IMG/VR virus record: IMGVR_UViG_3300009514_000006
Span: 32,001 to 96,000 of that record
Length of the DNA: 64,000 nucleotides
Reading direction: 5' to 3' (one strand)
Origin: a virus
The position numbers and the translations under genes are program-made. The notes beneath the pieces are model-generated. The model worked only from the letters and a program-made list of their open reading frames with translations, was not told the origin of the DNA and did not search any database. Positions 28,718 to 37,917 of this stretch are shown piece after piece (position 1 is the stretch's first letter; each line of letters starts with the position of its first letter).

Positions 28718-30718
28718 TTAGAAGAAAGAAACTGCAACAGAATTTATCTTTACTGTTGCATTGAGAATCTTTATGTGTACGTAAATTCCTGTATCTGCTG
28801 GCTTAGTGGCAAATGTACAATTGATAGTATTGCCTGAACTGCTACCCTCTCGGATACCAGATCCTGATACCGTTAATCCATCATCAAAGAAGGCCACATT
28901 AAAACTGACATGGGGCCTTAGAGGCTGGTTATTCCCAGGAGGAGGACCGTACACTCCTGTAGTGGCCACCGGAATCGCTATTCGATATACATAAATCTCA
29001 ACATTACCGGCAATCAAATCACTTAACATATTTGCTCCGGCAAAAGTACCGGAGAAAACCATACTGAACGAGTTAATAACAACACCTGGAGTCTGTGTAA
29101 ATCGTCTACCATAGTTTCGTCCAGAACCCACAGTTAGACTCGTGTAATCGGGATTAGTACCGCCAACTGAAGGAGCAAACGAAGTCCAATTAGAATTGGA
29201 GGTATTGGGACCACTAGGAGATTGAATCAAAGTAGTGGCGGTCGGTACTACCAGTTGAGAATTCCACACCTGTAAGTTGCTGGTACCAACAAGAGTAGCG
29301 GTGCTAGAAAACGAACCCGCCCCAGAGAAAGATCCAGCACTAGCCAACGCACCTATACCATCAATATTCTCCCTGCGTGCCTCATCATCAAAACCCTCAT
29401 AGAGAGCAGTGCTGGTGACTCCGTATGTATCTACCAGAATGGAGGCATTAGGAGAGGATACTGAAGAACCAATGTTCCAGGTGTCTTGAGGCTTAGCGGA
29501 GACGTCGGCAGTATTTCCTAGGAACCTATAGTTACTAGCAGTAATAGACCAATCCGTGATTTGGTAATCTACATCATTTTGGTTATCAGCGAATGTATAG
29601 CCACTGAAATTTGCAGAGCCAGTACCGAAAGGTGAATGATTAAGGATAGGTAGACCATACTCAGTTCCCGTAAACACCAAGTTACTAGCAGTCTTGGCTG
29701 TGTTTTTATTCAATTGATTGATGTCTGTTACACCACCAGTGAACTTACTATTTAGGATGTAGTACTCCACACCACTAAGATGTTTCGTCAGCACCTGACC
29801 GGGGGTCTCTATGATAGAAACAGTGCCATTTATGTAAGCAGTAGTGGGATCTGTATCCAAGAAAACTGAAGGCTGGTTAAAGGGCAACACCTGACCGCCA
29901 TCAGTTGCTGTGTCGGTAATATGTGTGGCCTCTACATGGTACAGACCACCGTCCCTACCTGCGCTGGTCAATATGTTCAGTATCTGTATAGAAACCGACG
30001 CCTTCGCTTGGAACTTATTGACATCAATACCGTAACCCGAGATTGTCACGGTAATGAAACCGCTGGTAGACACAAAAACACCGTTGTTCGTAATAGGAGG
30101 CGTAGTAAAACTGTCTAGAACAGCGACTCCGTTAGCGTCATACACCCGCACAACAAAAGTGCTATCGCCGCCAAAACCAGTAGTATTGGCAGGAGTGGTT
30201 AGTGTAATAGAAGTGGATCTTGAAGCATCGTGATTAGTAGCCCCTACTGTACCAGCACCGAAGGGATTCCCTTCGGCTACATTAGGCACAGCAATACGAG
30301 CGGACACCCGTTCAACCGGGTCAGTGACTCCTGTGGGCCAGTAAGGTTGGTATGCCGGGGCCGGGTGGTAGATTGTAACCTCAGAGGGACCGGTCTGAAT
30401 AGCTTCAACCTCAGATCCTCCTTTGAACACCAGTCTAGAAACATTAGTAAGAACTAATGTGTTATCATTGTCTACAGTTAACGAACCACCGCCCCCGCCA
30501 CCAATACCAGCTCCTGTAGGAGGGGTGTACCACCGAGCAGTGGGGTTGGCGTCAATAAGCTCTATGATCCTCTGTATTTGGGATCTAAGAGCATTGAAAT
30601 CAAACTCAGCCGTAGATATACCAGGACCAGGCTCCATTGTAGGACCCGCCGGAACGGTATCATCGTAAGCAGTGCTATTAAACAGCTGCTTATCTTGGCG
30701 TAGCTTGTTGTTGGCCAA
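28718..30718 (-). CDS. Large virion structural protein (Ser/Thr/Gly/Asn-rich, beta)
   Basis: 666 aa inside the appendage island, coupled TTG start, no enzymatic motif seen. Confidence 0.55.
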   Translation of the reverse strand: MANNKLRQDKQLFNSTAYDDTVPAGPTMEPGPGISTAEFDFNALRSQIQRIIELIDANPTARWYTPPTGAGIGGGGGGSLTVDNDNTLVLTNVSRLVFKGGSEVEAIQTGPSEVTIYHPAPAYQPYWPTGVTDPVERVSARIAVPNVAEGNPFGAGTVGATNHDASRSTSITLTTPANTTGFGGDSTFVVRVYDANGVAVLDSFTTPPITNNGVFVSTSGFITVTISGYGIDVNKFQAKASVSIQILNILTSAGRDGGLYHVEATHITDTATDGGQVLPFNQPSVFLDTDPTTAYINGTVSIIETPGQVLTKHLSGVEYYILNSKFTGGVTDINQLNKNTAKTASNLVFTGTEYGLPILNHSPFGTGSANFSGYTFADNQNDVDYQITDWSITASNYRFLGNTADVSAKPQDTWNIGSSVSSPNASILVDTYGVTSTALYEGFDDEARRENIDGIGALASAGSFSGAGSFSSTATLVGTSNLQVWNSQLVVPTATTLIQSPSGPNTSNSNWTSFAPSVGGTNPDYTSLTVGSGRNYGRRFTQTPGVVINSFSMVFSGTFAGANMLSDLIAGNVEIYVYRIAIPVATTGVYGPPPGNNQPLRPHVSFNVAFFDDGLTVSGSGIREGSSSGNTINCTFATKPADTGIYVHIKILNATVKINSVAVSFF

Positions 30719-30913
30719 TTATCGTCCTTTACGAGGCCAAACAAGGTGACCGCCCAGGAAACCCAGTATAAAGGCTATAGGAGTTCCGCCCTGGGCAATA
30801 ACTTCAGTTATTGTGTCCCCTTCAATACCATTGGAATACGCAATAATATCCCAAATGGTTATGACCGCTACGATACCCAAAAGAACAAAAATGGTAATTT
30901 TCCTTGTCGTCAC
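30719..30913 (-). CDS. Small two-TM membrane protein (holin-like)
   Basis: Hydrophobic segments IFVLLGIVAVITIWD and PIAFILGFLGGHLVW, basic tail. Confidence 0.45.
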   Translation of the reverse strand: MTTRKITIFVLLGIVAVITIWDIIAYSNGIEGDTITEVIAQGGTPIAFILGFLGGHLVWPRKGR

Positions 30914-31506
30914 GGGGTGGTCTCCTGTCTGATAATGCTGTAATGGCAGGTAAAATACTTGAAGGAGGAGTCTGTGAGATCATCATTAATTATAATCTTC
31001 ACATAATCATCTGTGTCGCCCCTTAGTCTTGTAATGCCACCAAAGCTTAGACTACTAGTCAAGATATCGTTCTTACCTTCATGACCATAGGCTAGTCCAG
31101 CCACTGGCGTAAGACGCACGAAATCCTCAGTCAGTTTATACCGATTAAACTCAGCTGCTATGCCATTGGATTTAATCTCCAAAGCTATGCCATTCACAAG
31201 AGGATTTATATAAGCGAAATGATTACCATCAGTAATAATTTCTTTAGCAACTAAGGTAAACCTAAGTTCAACTATATGCTCATCTATCTCCGGAGAGTCT
31301 CCTGGAATAGCGTCCAACTGAAAAATAACTGGAGTGGAGCTGCCGTCTACTAACAGACTTGTCTGCCCCGGCACGCCCACTTGCTCAAACAGGGCTGTAG
31401 TAACAAGAGACAAGTCTTCAGCTACAGCCTGACCTGACTGTAGCTGTAAAAAGTTCTTGCTATTCCCAGTTATGGTAATGAGCGGTGGAGTAAATACCGT
31501 GGTCAT
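30910..31506 (-). CDS. Putative jelly-roll virion protein
   Basis: LLVDGSSTPVIF...LVNG...YVKIIINDDL pattern seen in phage appendage clusters. Confidence 0.45.
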   Translation of the reverse strand: MTTVFTPPLITITGNSKNFLQLQSGQAVAEDLSLVTTALFEQVGVPGQTSLLVDGSSTPVIFQLDAIPGDSPEIDEHIVELRFTLVAKEIITDGNHFAYINPLVNGIALEIKSNGIAAEFNRYKLTEDFVRLTPVAGLAYGHEGKNDILTSSLSFGGITRLRGDTDDYVKIIINDDLTDSSFKYFTCHYSIIRQETTP

Positions 31507-31522
31507 TAATCTTCCTTATCGA

Positions 31523-33190
31523 TTAAGGAATCAATTTGTGGATATCGTTAATCTGCTCTTGCAATGCGTCATTCTTATGAGACAACTCCTTAACTGCTTC
31601 AATCAAAAGAGCTACAAGCCGATCATAATACACAGCCATAGTGCCAAGATCGTCTTCTTGCACATGGACCACTTCTGGGATCACCGCCAACACTTCTTGT
31701 GCGATGAGCCCTATTTCATGTCCATTACTGGTCCGCTCGTCTTTTTGTTCGATCCAGTCATAATATACACCCCTAAGCATCTGAACTTTAGATAGAGCAT
31801 CTGTCACTGTCTCAATATTTGTTTTATGTCTCTGATCTGACGACGTATGGTAGGTTCCGTGGGTACCTGACACATCGCCGTTCGTTGCAATCGAAAAAGT
31901 ATTGGCACCGAGAGCCGTGTTTGCGGTGAACTTGAATTTGTCCGAGTCACTGTTATCAATACCCGCAGACCAGCCCTGGACCCCGGCTATCTCGTACTCG
32001 ACGTAGGGATCACCACCACTCGCTCCCCCAACCTGCAGCTGTAGCTGCACATGAGAGACCGCGTTGGTGTTGTCTCCGTGGCGTAGGCGCCAATAATTTT
32101 GCTGTCCAGCAGTATTATGATGAGCGTCTAATCGAATCCCTGCCGACGGTACTACATTGCCAATACCGATTGCTCCGTCCGCCTGAATACGGAGCCTCTC
32201 AACAGGAGATGTTGTTCCATCTGCCGCTGTAAAAAATGCAATCCTTCCCGGCATGGACGAAGCACTAACTGTCCCTGCTCCGTCTATTCCCATCAACATA
32301 TATGCAGTGTTGTTCCAAGTAGTGCCATTGTGCGATCCTTGTACAATAAATTTCATAATATCGTCACCGATTACAGTAGCCGTTGGTGACGAAGACGTAC
32401 CACGCGCACGGCGACACACAAGCTGATTACCTTCGCTAACCGTGGGTCCGTATGTGTCAAACGCTACGGTTGTCTGCACTCCAGTATTTCCGCGAATATG
32501 AAAATCTGTTTCAGGAACAAGACCTACTCCTACCCAACCATTGTTCGCAATACGGAGCCTCTCAAGAGGTGTTAGTGTTCCGTCTGCCGCTGTCCAGAAC
32601 GTGATCCTTCCGGGCATAGATGAGGCACTAACTGTCCCTGTGCTGTCTATTCCCATCAACATATATGCAGTGTTGTTCCAAGTAGTGCCATTGTGCGATC
32701 CTTGCACAATGAACGACATAATATCGTCACCGATTACAGTAGCCGTTGGTGACGAAGACGTACCACGCGCACGACGACATACAAACTGATTACCTTCGCT
32801 AGCGGTAGGTCTATATGTATCAAACGCTACGGTTGTCTGCGCTCCAGTGTTTCCGCGAATATGAAGATCTGTTTCAGGAACAAGACCTACTCCTACCCAA
32901 CCATTGTTCGCTATGTGGAGTCTTTCGGCGTTGTTCGTAAGAAAACCTAGATCGTAATTGTCAGTATTACCTAGTGTGCGATCTGCTCCACCGGCCTCAC
33001 CACCATTTGAAAAGTCTCCACCACCACCGGCACCAAGAACAGTGTCTGTGCCAACATCGTCAGTAAACACTAGAACATTAGGTGTATCATTTCGCACCCA
33101 TAGAGTTCCGTCCCCGGCCGCTGGTGCACCTCCTGGAACAGAGGCTACCTCGTCAAATGCTAGCCCCTCTGATTTAATATTCTTTGCCAT
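31523..33190 (-). CDS. Fibre protein with C-terminal peptidase S74 intramolecular chaperone
   Basis: SSDQRHKTNI...LRGVYYDW...IGLIAQEV...VYYDRLVALLIEAVKEL; ERLRI/GWVGVG fibre repeats. Confidence 0.88.
   Translation of the reverse strand: MAKNIKSEGLAFDEVASVPGGAPAAGDGTLWVRNDTPNVLVFTDDVGTDTVLGAGGGGDFSNGGEAGGADRTLGNTDNYDLGFLTNNAERLHIANNGWVGVGLVPETDLHIRGNTGAQTTVAFDTYRPTASEGNQFVCRRARGTSSSPTATVIGDDIMSFIVQGSHNGTTWNNTAYMLMGIDSTGTVSASSMPGRITFWTAADGTLTPLERLRIANNGWVGVGLVPETDFHIRGNTGVQTTVAFDTYGPTVSEGNQLVCRRARGTSSSPTATVIGDDIMKFIVQGSHNGTTWNNTAYMLMGIDGAGTVSASSMPGRIAFFTAADGTTSPVERLRIQADGAIGIGNVVPSAGIRLDAHHNTAGQQNYWRLRHGDNTNAVSHVQLQLQVGGASGGDPYVEYEIAGVQGWSAGIDNSDSDKFKFTANTALGANTFSIATNGDVSGTHGTYHTSSDQRHKTNIETVTDALSKVQMLRGVYYDWIEQKDERTSNGHEIGLIAQEVLAVIPEVVHVQEDDLGTMAVYYDRLVALLIEAVKELSHKNDALQEQINDIHKLIP
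32201..32926. repeat. Tandem 363-bp (121-aa) duplication inside the S74 fibre
   Basis: Matching anchors at 32282 and 32645 are 363 bp apart; the two protein copies differ at about 14 of 121 positions. Confidence 0.95.
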
Positions 33191-33199
33191 AAATTCCTC

Positions 33200-36100
33200 T
33201 TACGGTAAAAACGTAGCACTCTCTACGAAACGAATAAAATCACACCTCATAATCATGGACCCAGGAGAAGCTGTGGAGGTGTTCTGGAAGTCAATGCCTA
33301 CAGCATCCATTGCTCCAGCATGCGTGTCTGACCCTAGATAAGCCCAGGACCCCTCGCTGGTAGCGACCCAACCATGATACGTAGTGCCTATTTTTTGAAT
33401 ACCAACATACCCAGGGAGCCCCGCTAAGGCAGCCCCACCAGCACCAGCCGTGTCGTCCATACGGGCCGAGGTACCTATAGTTGTAGGACTTCCCGATACT
33501 ATCTTACGAAATTCGATACGGACATCACTACTGGAATCCTGTAGCAGTCTAATCTCCACCGTGTCTGTGGCGGAGAAGCCTCCTCCGGATTTGACAAAAA
33601 AGCGCAGCGACACAGTTGAGTCCCCACTTACAGGGGAACCAGAGCGCCAGCTAAAACCTATCCTAGACCAAATGAATAGATCAGTAGGTATTGTAAGGCT
33701 CTTAAAAATGCCATGAGTACCAGTAATTCCTGGTTGGACAAACAACCATGAACTACCAGCATCACTTCCTCTGTGTCTGATCTGGGCTCTTGCTGTGTTT
33801 GCTGTAACTACAGTGTAAGGATCAGGCTTAGCACTAAAATCAAGTGCGGCTGTAAATCCTGTTTGTTCCCAAATAGAATCTAAGCTGGTAGATCTGAACT
33901 CCTCATCGTCAGCATTGACTATAAGGGGATAACCCCAAAGATCATCTGCTGAAATTCCTGTTTGCTGAAAATCAGATAGAGTAAAGTCAATGGTATCTCC
34001 GCTGGTTAGCGGAGCTGAGAGTATCACCCTTAAAGTGGTTGTGGTTCTGTCCGACCCCGCTACCTCCGGACAGGTAAGAGCAACCAAACTACCAGAAACA
34101 GTTCCTAAGGACGCCTCTACTATATAAGAGTCATCGGGCATTGCCGATGGTATCGTTATAGTAAAGTCAGTAAGAGTGGCCGTAAAGTCGGTACCCGCAA
34201 CCCTACTAAAGCTCTTAGTAGAAATAGAGTTTTCTACAGCAGAAGTAACGCTGTCCTTCACCAAGAAATCTATTTGATCACCAGATGTTAAAGCAGCAGA
34301 TGTGATCACTCTAAAAGTAGTAGTTGTCCGATCTCCCGGATCCGAATCCGGGAAATTCATAAAGACTAAGTCAGCTACCCCGGCGAGGGTTCCAGTAACG
34401 GTATAGGAATCATCCCCCATAGCAGAGGGCAATGTTACCGTGAAATCACTCCCAGTACCCCCAGACGCCGTGAATCTAAACCGTTGGGTTAGTACTCCTC
34501 CAAATGTAGAGCTTTGATCTTCCCCAATAACAAAATCAATCTGATCACCCGAAACAAGAGGAGCCGAAGTAACCACTCTAAAGGAGCTGGTGCTTCTATC
34601 GGACCCAGCAGAATCCGGACAGCTCACACTAAAGGTACTATTACCAGAGGGAGTGGCTACTACGACATACGAATCATCATCCTGTGCCTCGGGTAGAAAC
34701 ACCGTAAAATCACTACCTTCGCCACCCGTAGCAACATACCTGACTCTTTGGACAACCACATTTGAAGTAGCACCTCCAGTGGCTGTTACCGAAATGGTCA
34801 GAGTTTCGTCTCCTCCGTCATTTCCCTCGGTTAGAGTTATGTCAGTCCCTGCGATAAGCTTGCCATTTAGGTAGCCGCTAGTAGTATCGTTGGACGACAC
34901 AAGGGAATACTTACCTAGATTTAGGTTAGTGCCAGTATTTATTGCGTGCGTTAGCGTGCCATTAACAGCTACGTATAATTGCTCTGTACCTAGGGCTGCA
35001 GTGGCGCCTATGACAGTCTGTCCGTACCCATCAAGAACCGTGATACCATTACTTTGTGTATTGTACAAATGGAGGGCTGTTGACGACTGAGACTGGACTA
35101 TACCGCCAATAGTGGCCCCTCCTTGAAACACTAGCTGGGACTGCACATACACTACAGTATCTGCGCCGCCAGGAGCAGCAAACTTAGCATTATACACAGT
35201 CGCATCAAAACCAAATGATGGGGATATGTTACCTATGCCTACTTTGCCAGTAGAGTCAATCGTAAACCTAACTGTTCCGCTAGCGGTGTCATCAATTATG
35301 TTGAAATTACCCACACCTATGCCGGAACCAGTACCACTTGATCCAAGTGAGTAAACTCGGCCACCAGCAGTATTGTTAGTAATTTTGAAGAGTGTGTCGG
35401 TAGCAGGACTTTCAATGTGCAGAGGGCGAACACCCTTGGCAGTTGTGTCCCCAAGAACATGAAGAAATGTGTCTGGAGTAGACTGGCCTATGCCGACCTC
35501 ACCAGTCGGATATATCCACATCCTTGTAGAGAAACCTGGCTGGAGCTTAATCTCTTGCCCTGCTGGCGCCGAATATCCACCCGACCTAGCAATAAAGTTA
35601 TTCGCATCAAGATCCACGTATCCGCTGTTAGAAAAATTGCGAGCACGTATAATAGCAACATCATTAGTAAATGAAGCACTAGTACCCAGCAACAGCTGCG
35701 TTCCACTAACCGTTACATTACCTCCAAACACAGATGCAGCTGATCCCGTTGTCTCAATAGCCAAACCACTCCCATTATGCGCCACAGTAAGACCAGATCC
35801 GCTAGAATTGGCCCCTATTGTAAGGGATATACCTACAGCAGCCGCAGCCGATCCCGGTTCTCTAGTAACACTCAACGCAGAAGTAGTATCGGCAGTATCG
35901 GCATCAAGTACTACTGCTCCTGAATCTACAGTTATGGTCCTGCCAGACCCACTACCTCCAGAACCATCATAAGCTTCATCTAAATTTGATGCTGCACCGG
36001 CCCCTGCTGGGGTCTCCCACGTTGCCAAACCAGTGGCATCTGAAGTCAATACCTTGCCCGATCCGGGAGAACCTCCTACAATTTTGACTTGACCATCGAC

Positions 36101-37060
36101 ATGTAGCTTGGCGTCAATAGTACCAGTAGTAAAGGCACCGACGCCAACATCACCATTCTCATCTATAACTAATCGGTCGTTGCCAGAGGACAGATCCCGC
36201 ACACGAAAACCCACCTGCATAACAGGAGAGCCTCCTCCAGAGGCGTCTGAAATGATCTGCCAAGCTCGCCCGCCCTGGATCCGCATAAAGGCAGCTTGGG
36301 TGGCTACAGTTTCTATGCTAGACCCTACATCCGCAGAGTCAGATCCAATAGTTAACTTAACTCCAGTATCCCAACTCTGCTTGCTGATCCCTACGTTGCC
36401 GCCAAAATAGCTATTGTTACTAACAGCATAGAAGGCCCAGTTATTAGCGGCCCCTGATAATGGGCTTGCCAAAAACCCAAACTGATACTGCACGGTCATG
36501 GAGCCTAAATTAGTTCCATCCTCGGCTCTAAAAGCAGATGAATACAGGACATCACCAGAGGCCGACCCGTTGATATCAAAGGCTCTAGCACCAAAGCCCG
36601 TTAGGGACATGGTTGTGCTGGCCCAGTTACCTATGTTGTCGCTATCTATAGTAACCGTCGAATAGGCCCCAACATTAACAGTTGAGGTATTGGGGGTTCC
36701 TGTAGTATTGGTGATTACGTTCCCTAAAAACGAGCCTCTAACATTTGGAGCGCTCGGGTTCGTATTTTTAGGAGCGACAACTAAGTCGCCAAGAGAAAAA
36801 GAACCGATAGAGGGATGGGTGCCAATCTGGGCAGTTCCTCTGTGTACCAGGACACCCACATCATCTATCGATAGCCGTGCTGTCCCTGCTGTACTAATAG
36901 AAAAGGTATCAGCCGCAGACAGAAAAAAACCCGTACCGGGACTAGTAAGAAAACCATGAGGAGCAGACGCAGAACCCGCAGGAAGAGCAATGGAGTCCCC
37001 TGCAGGGACCTGTGCTACTTGTCCTTCATCATTTAATACTATTACCCTACGGGCTGTCAT
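33200..37060 (-). CDS. Long fibre protein (1286 aa) with triple repeat and C-terminal ConA/LamG-like domain
   Basis: G.VGIG fibre repeats, three DFT(V/I).(L/I)P..M/Q.DDSY...FRV.TSA.L.SGD.IDF modules, C-terminal beta-sandwich. Confidence 0.75.
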   Translation of the reverse strand: MTARRVIVLNDEGQVAQVPAGDSIALPAGSASAPHGFLTSPGTGFFLSAADTFSISTAGTARLSIDDVGVLVHRGTAQIGTHPSIGSFSLGDLVVAPKNTNPSAPNVRGSFLGNVITNTTGTPNTSTVNVGAYSTVTIDSDNIGNWASTTMSLTGFGARAFDINGSASGDVLYSSAFRAEDGTNLGSMTVQYQFGFLASPLSGAANNWAFYAVSNNSYFGGNVGISKQSWDTGVKLTIGSDSADVGSSIETVATQAAFMRIQGGRAWQIISDASGGGSPVMQVGFRVRDLSSGNDRLVIDENGDVGVGAFTTGTIDAKLHVDGQVKIVGGSPGSGKVLTSDATGLATWETPAGAGAASNLDEAYDGSGGSGSGRTITVDSGAVVLDADTADTTSALSVTREPGSAAAAVGISLTIGANSSGSGLTVAHNGSGLAIETTGSAASVFGGNVTVSGTQLLLGTSASFTNDVAIIRARNFSNSGYVDLDANNFIARSGGYSAPAGQEIKLQPGFSTRMWIYPTGEVGIGQSTPDTFLHVLGDTTAKGVRPLHIESPATDTLFKITNNTAGGRVYSLGSSGTGSGIGVGNFNIIDDTASGTVRFTIDSTGKVGIGNISPSFGFDATVYNAKFAAPGGADTVVYVQSQLVFQGGATIGGIVQSQSSTALHLYNTQSNGITVLDGYGQTVIGATAALGTEQLYVAVNGTLTHAINTGTNLNLGKYSLVSSNDTTSGYLNGKLIAGTDITLTEGNDGGDETLTISVTATGGATSNVVVQRVRYVATGGEGSDFTVFLPEAQDDDSYVVVATPSGNSTFSVSCPDSAGSDRSTSSFRVVTSAPLVSGDQIDFVIGEDQSSTFGGVLTQRFRFTASGGTGSDFTVTLPSAMGDDSYTVTGTLAGVADLVFMNFPDSDPGDRTTTTFRVITSAALTSGDQIDFLVKDSVTSAVENSISTKSFSRVAGTDFTATLTDFTITIPSAMPDDSYIVEASLGTVSGSLVALTCPEVAGSDRTTTTLRVILSAPLTSGDTIDFTLSDFQQTGISADDLWGYPLIVNADDEEFRSTSLDSIWEQTGFTAALDFSAKPDPYTVVTANTARAQIRHRGSDAGSSWLFVQPGITGTHGIFKSLTIPTDLFIWSRIGFSWRSGSPVSGDSTVSLRFFVKSGGGFSATDTVEIRLLQDSSSDVRIEFRKIVSGSPTTIGTSARMDDTAGAGGAALAGLPGYVGIQKIGTTYHGWVATSEGSWAYLGSDTHAGAMDAVGIDFQNTSTASPGSMIMRCDFIRFVESATFLP

Positions 37061-37065
37061 CTCAC

Positions 37066-37398
37066 CTACTTAGTTGCTTCACGGTCAACAACAGTCCCAT
37101 CTGGGTTAATTTGCTTTTCTTTGAGGTTAATGTTGTACTTATTCTGTATCGCCCCAAAAAAGTTAGATTGATTATTCCTTAAAATTGTCTCCTCAGCATT
37201 CAAAGCGCGCTCAGCCTGAGACAAGGCGGCTCGTTCCGCAGCAACCCGCCTGCCCTCAGAAGAGAACAGGTCAATACGAAGCATCTCCTCTTCGGTTAGG
37301 CGCAGTTCTTTGGTCTTTGCCGGGATATCAATTACAGTATTATCCTTAGATTCCATAGTCTTACCATTGCTCCTTTTACTCTTCTTTTCAGTTGACAT
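37066..37398 (-). CDS. Coiled-coil fibre assembly chaperone-like protein
   Basis: LTEEEMLRI...coiled coil...KYNINL...INPDGTV; lies between two giant fibres. Confidence 0.55.
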   Translation of the reverse strand: MSTEKKSKRSNGKTMESKDNTVIDIPAKTKELRLTEEEMLRIDLFSSEGRRVAAERAALSQAERALNAEETILRNNQSNFFGAIQNKYNINLKEKQINPDGTVVDREATK

Positions 37399-37401
37399 GA
37401 C

Positions 37402-37758
37402 TCAGCTTTCTTTCTTTGTAAACACACCTTCTGCAATGTTAAAATCCCACTTACCCTTAGAGGGATCATCCACATCAATACCCTTTTCTGCTGCGTACAC
37501 GCCTACTTTATTGCGCATGGCACTTTCCAAGTCAAGCATCTGCTGGGTAAGCTTGACTCTGTGCAGCTGCAGAAGTGCCTCTCTCCGGGATAACAGAGCT
37601 ATCTCCTTATCCATGCTATTGAGGTTGGTCTGCATCTCCTGAATCTCGGACTTCTGCTCCTCTGTAATGGATACCGAGGAAGCCTTTTCTACCGGCTCAG
37701 GGGTCTTGCTTTTAACGGGAAGTGGCTTTTTGCCTGTTTTGCTCTTATTCTTTGCCAT
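37402..37758 (-). CDS. Coiled-coil fibre assembly chaperone-like protein
   Basis: Start MAKNK at 37758 with GGAG SD; ITEEQK...coiled coil...WDFNIAEGVF. Confidence 0.55.
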   Translation of the reverse strand: MAKNKSKTGKKPLPVKSKTPEPVEKASSVSITEEQKSEIQEMQTNLNSMDKEIALLSRREALLQLHRVKLTQQMLDLESAMRNKVGVYAAEKGIDVDDPSKGKWDFNIAEGVFTKKES

Positions 37759-37851
37759 ATAAAACTCCATATACTAATAAACTCAATGAGTTACAGGTCA
37801 CAGGGCTCTATTATCTCCCAAATTAGTCATATTTTCAAGCATTAACGGCTC

Positions 37852-37882
37852 AATGAAACAGGGAGCGGGTTTCCCCGCTCCC
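37852..37882 (-). terminator. Intrinsic terminator after the 1502-aa fibre
   Basis: Perfect 9-bp stem GGGAGCGGG-GAAA-CCCGCTCCC (37861-37882) followed by TGTTTCATT. Confidence 0.75.
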
Positions 37883-37917
37883 ATCACTTTACATGTTATC
37901 TACACAAAGGTTAGGCA

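Noticed and set aside
32201-32926. 363-bp repeat pair as DGR template and variable repeats
   Set aside because: Both copies are in-frame coding, differences are not adenine-specific and look largely synonymous, and no reverse transcriptase is in the window.
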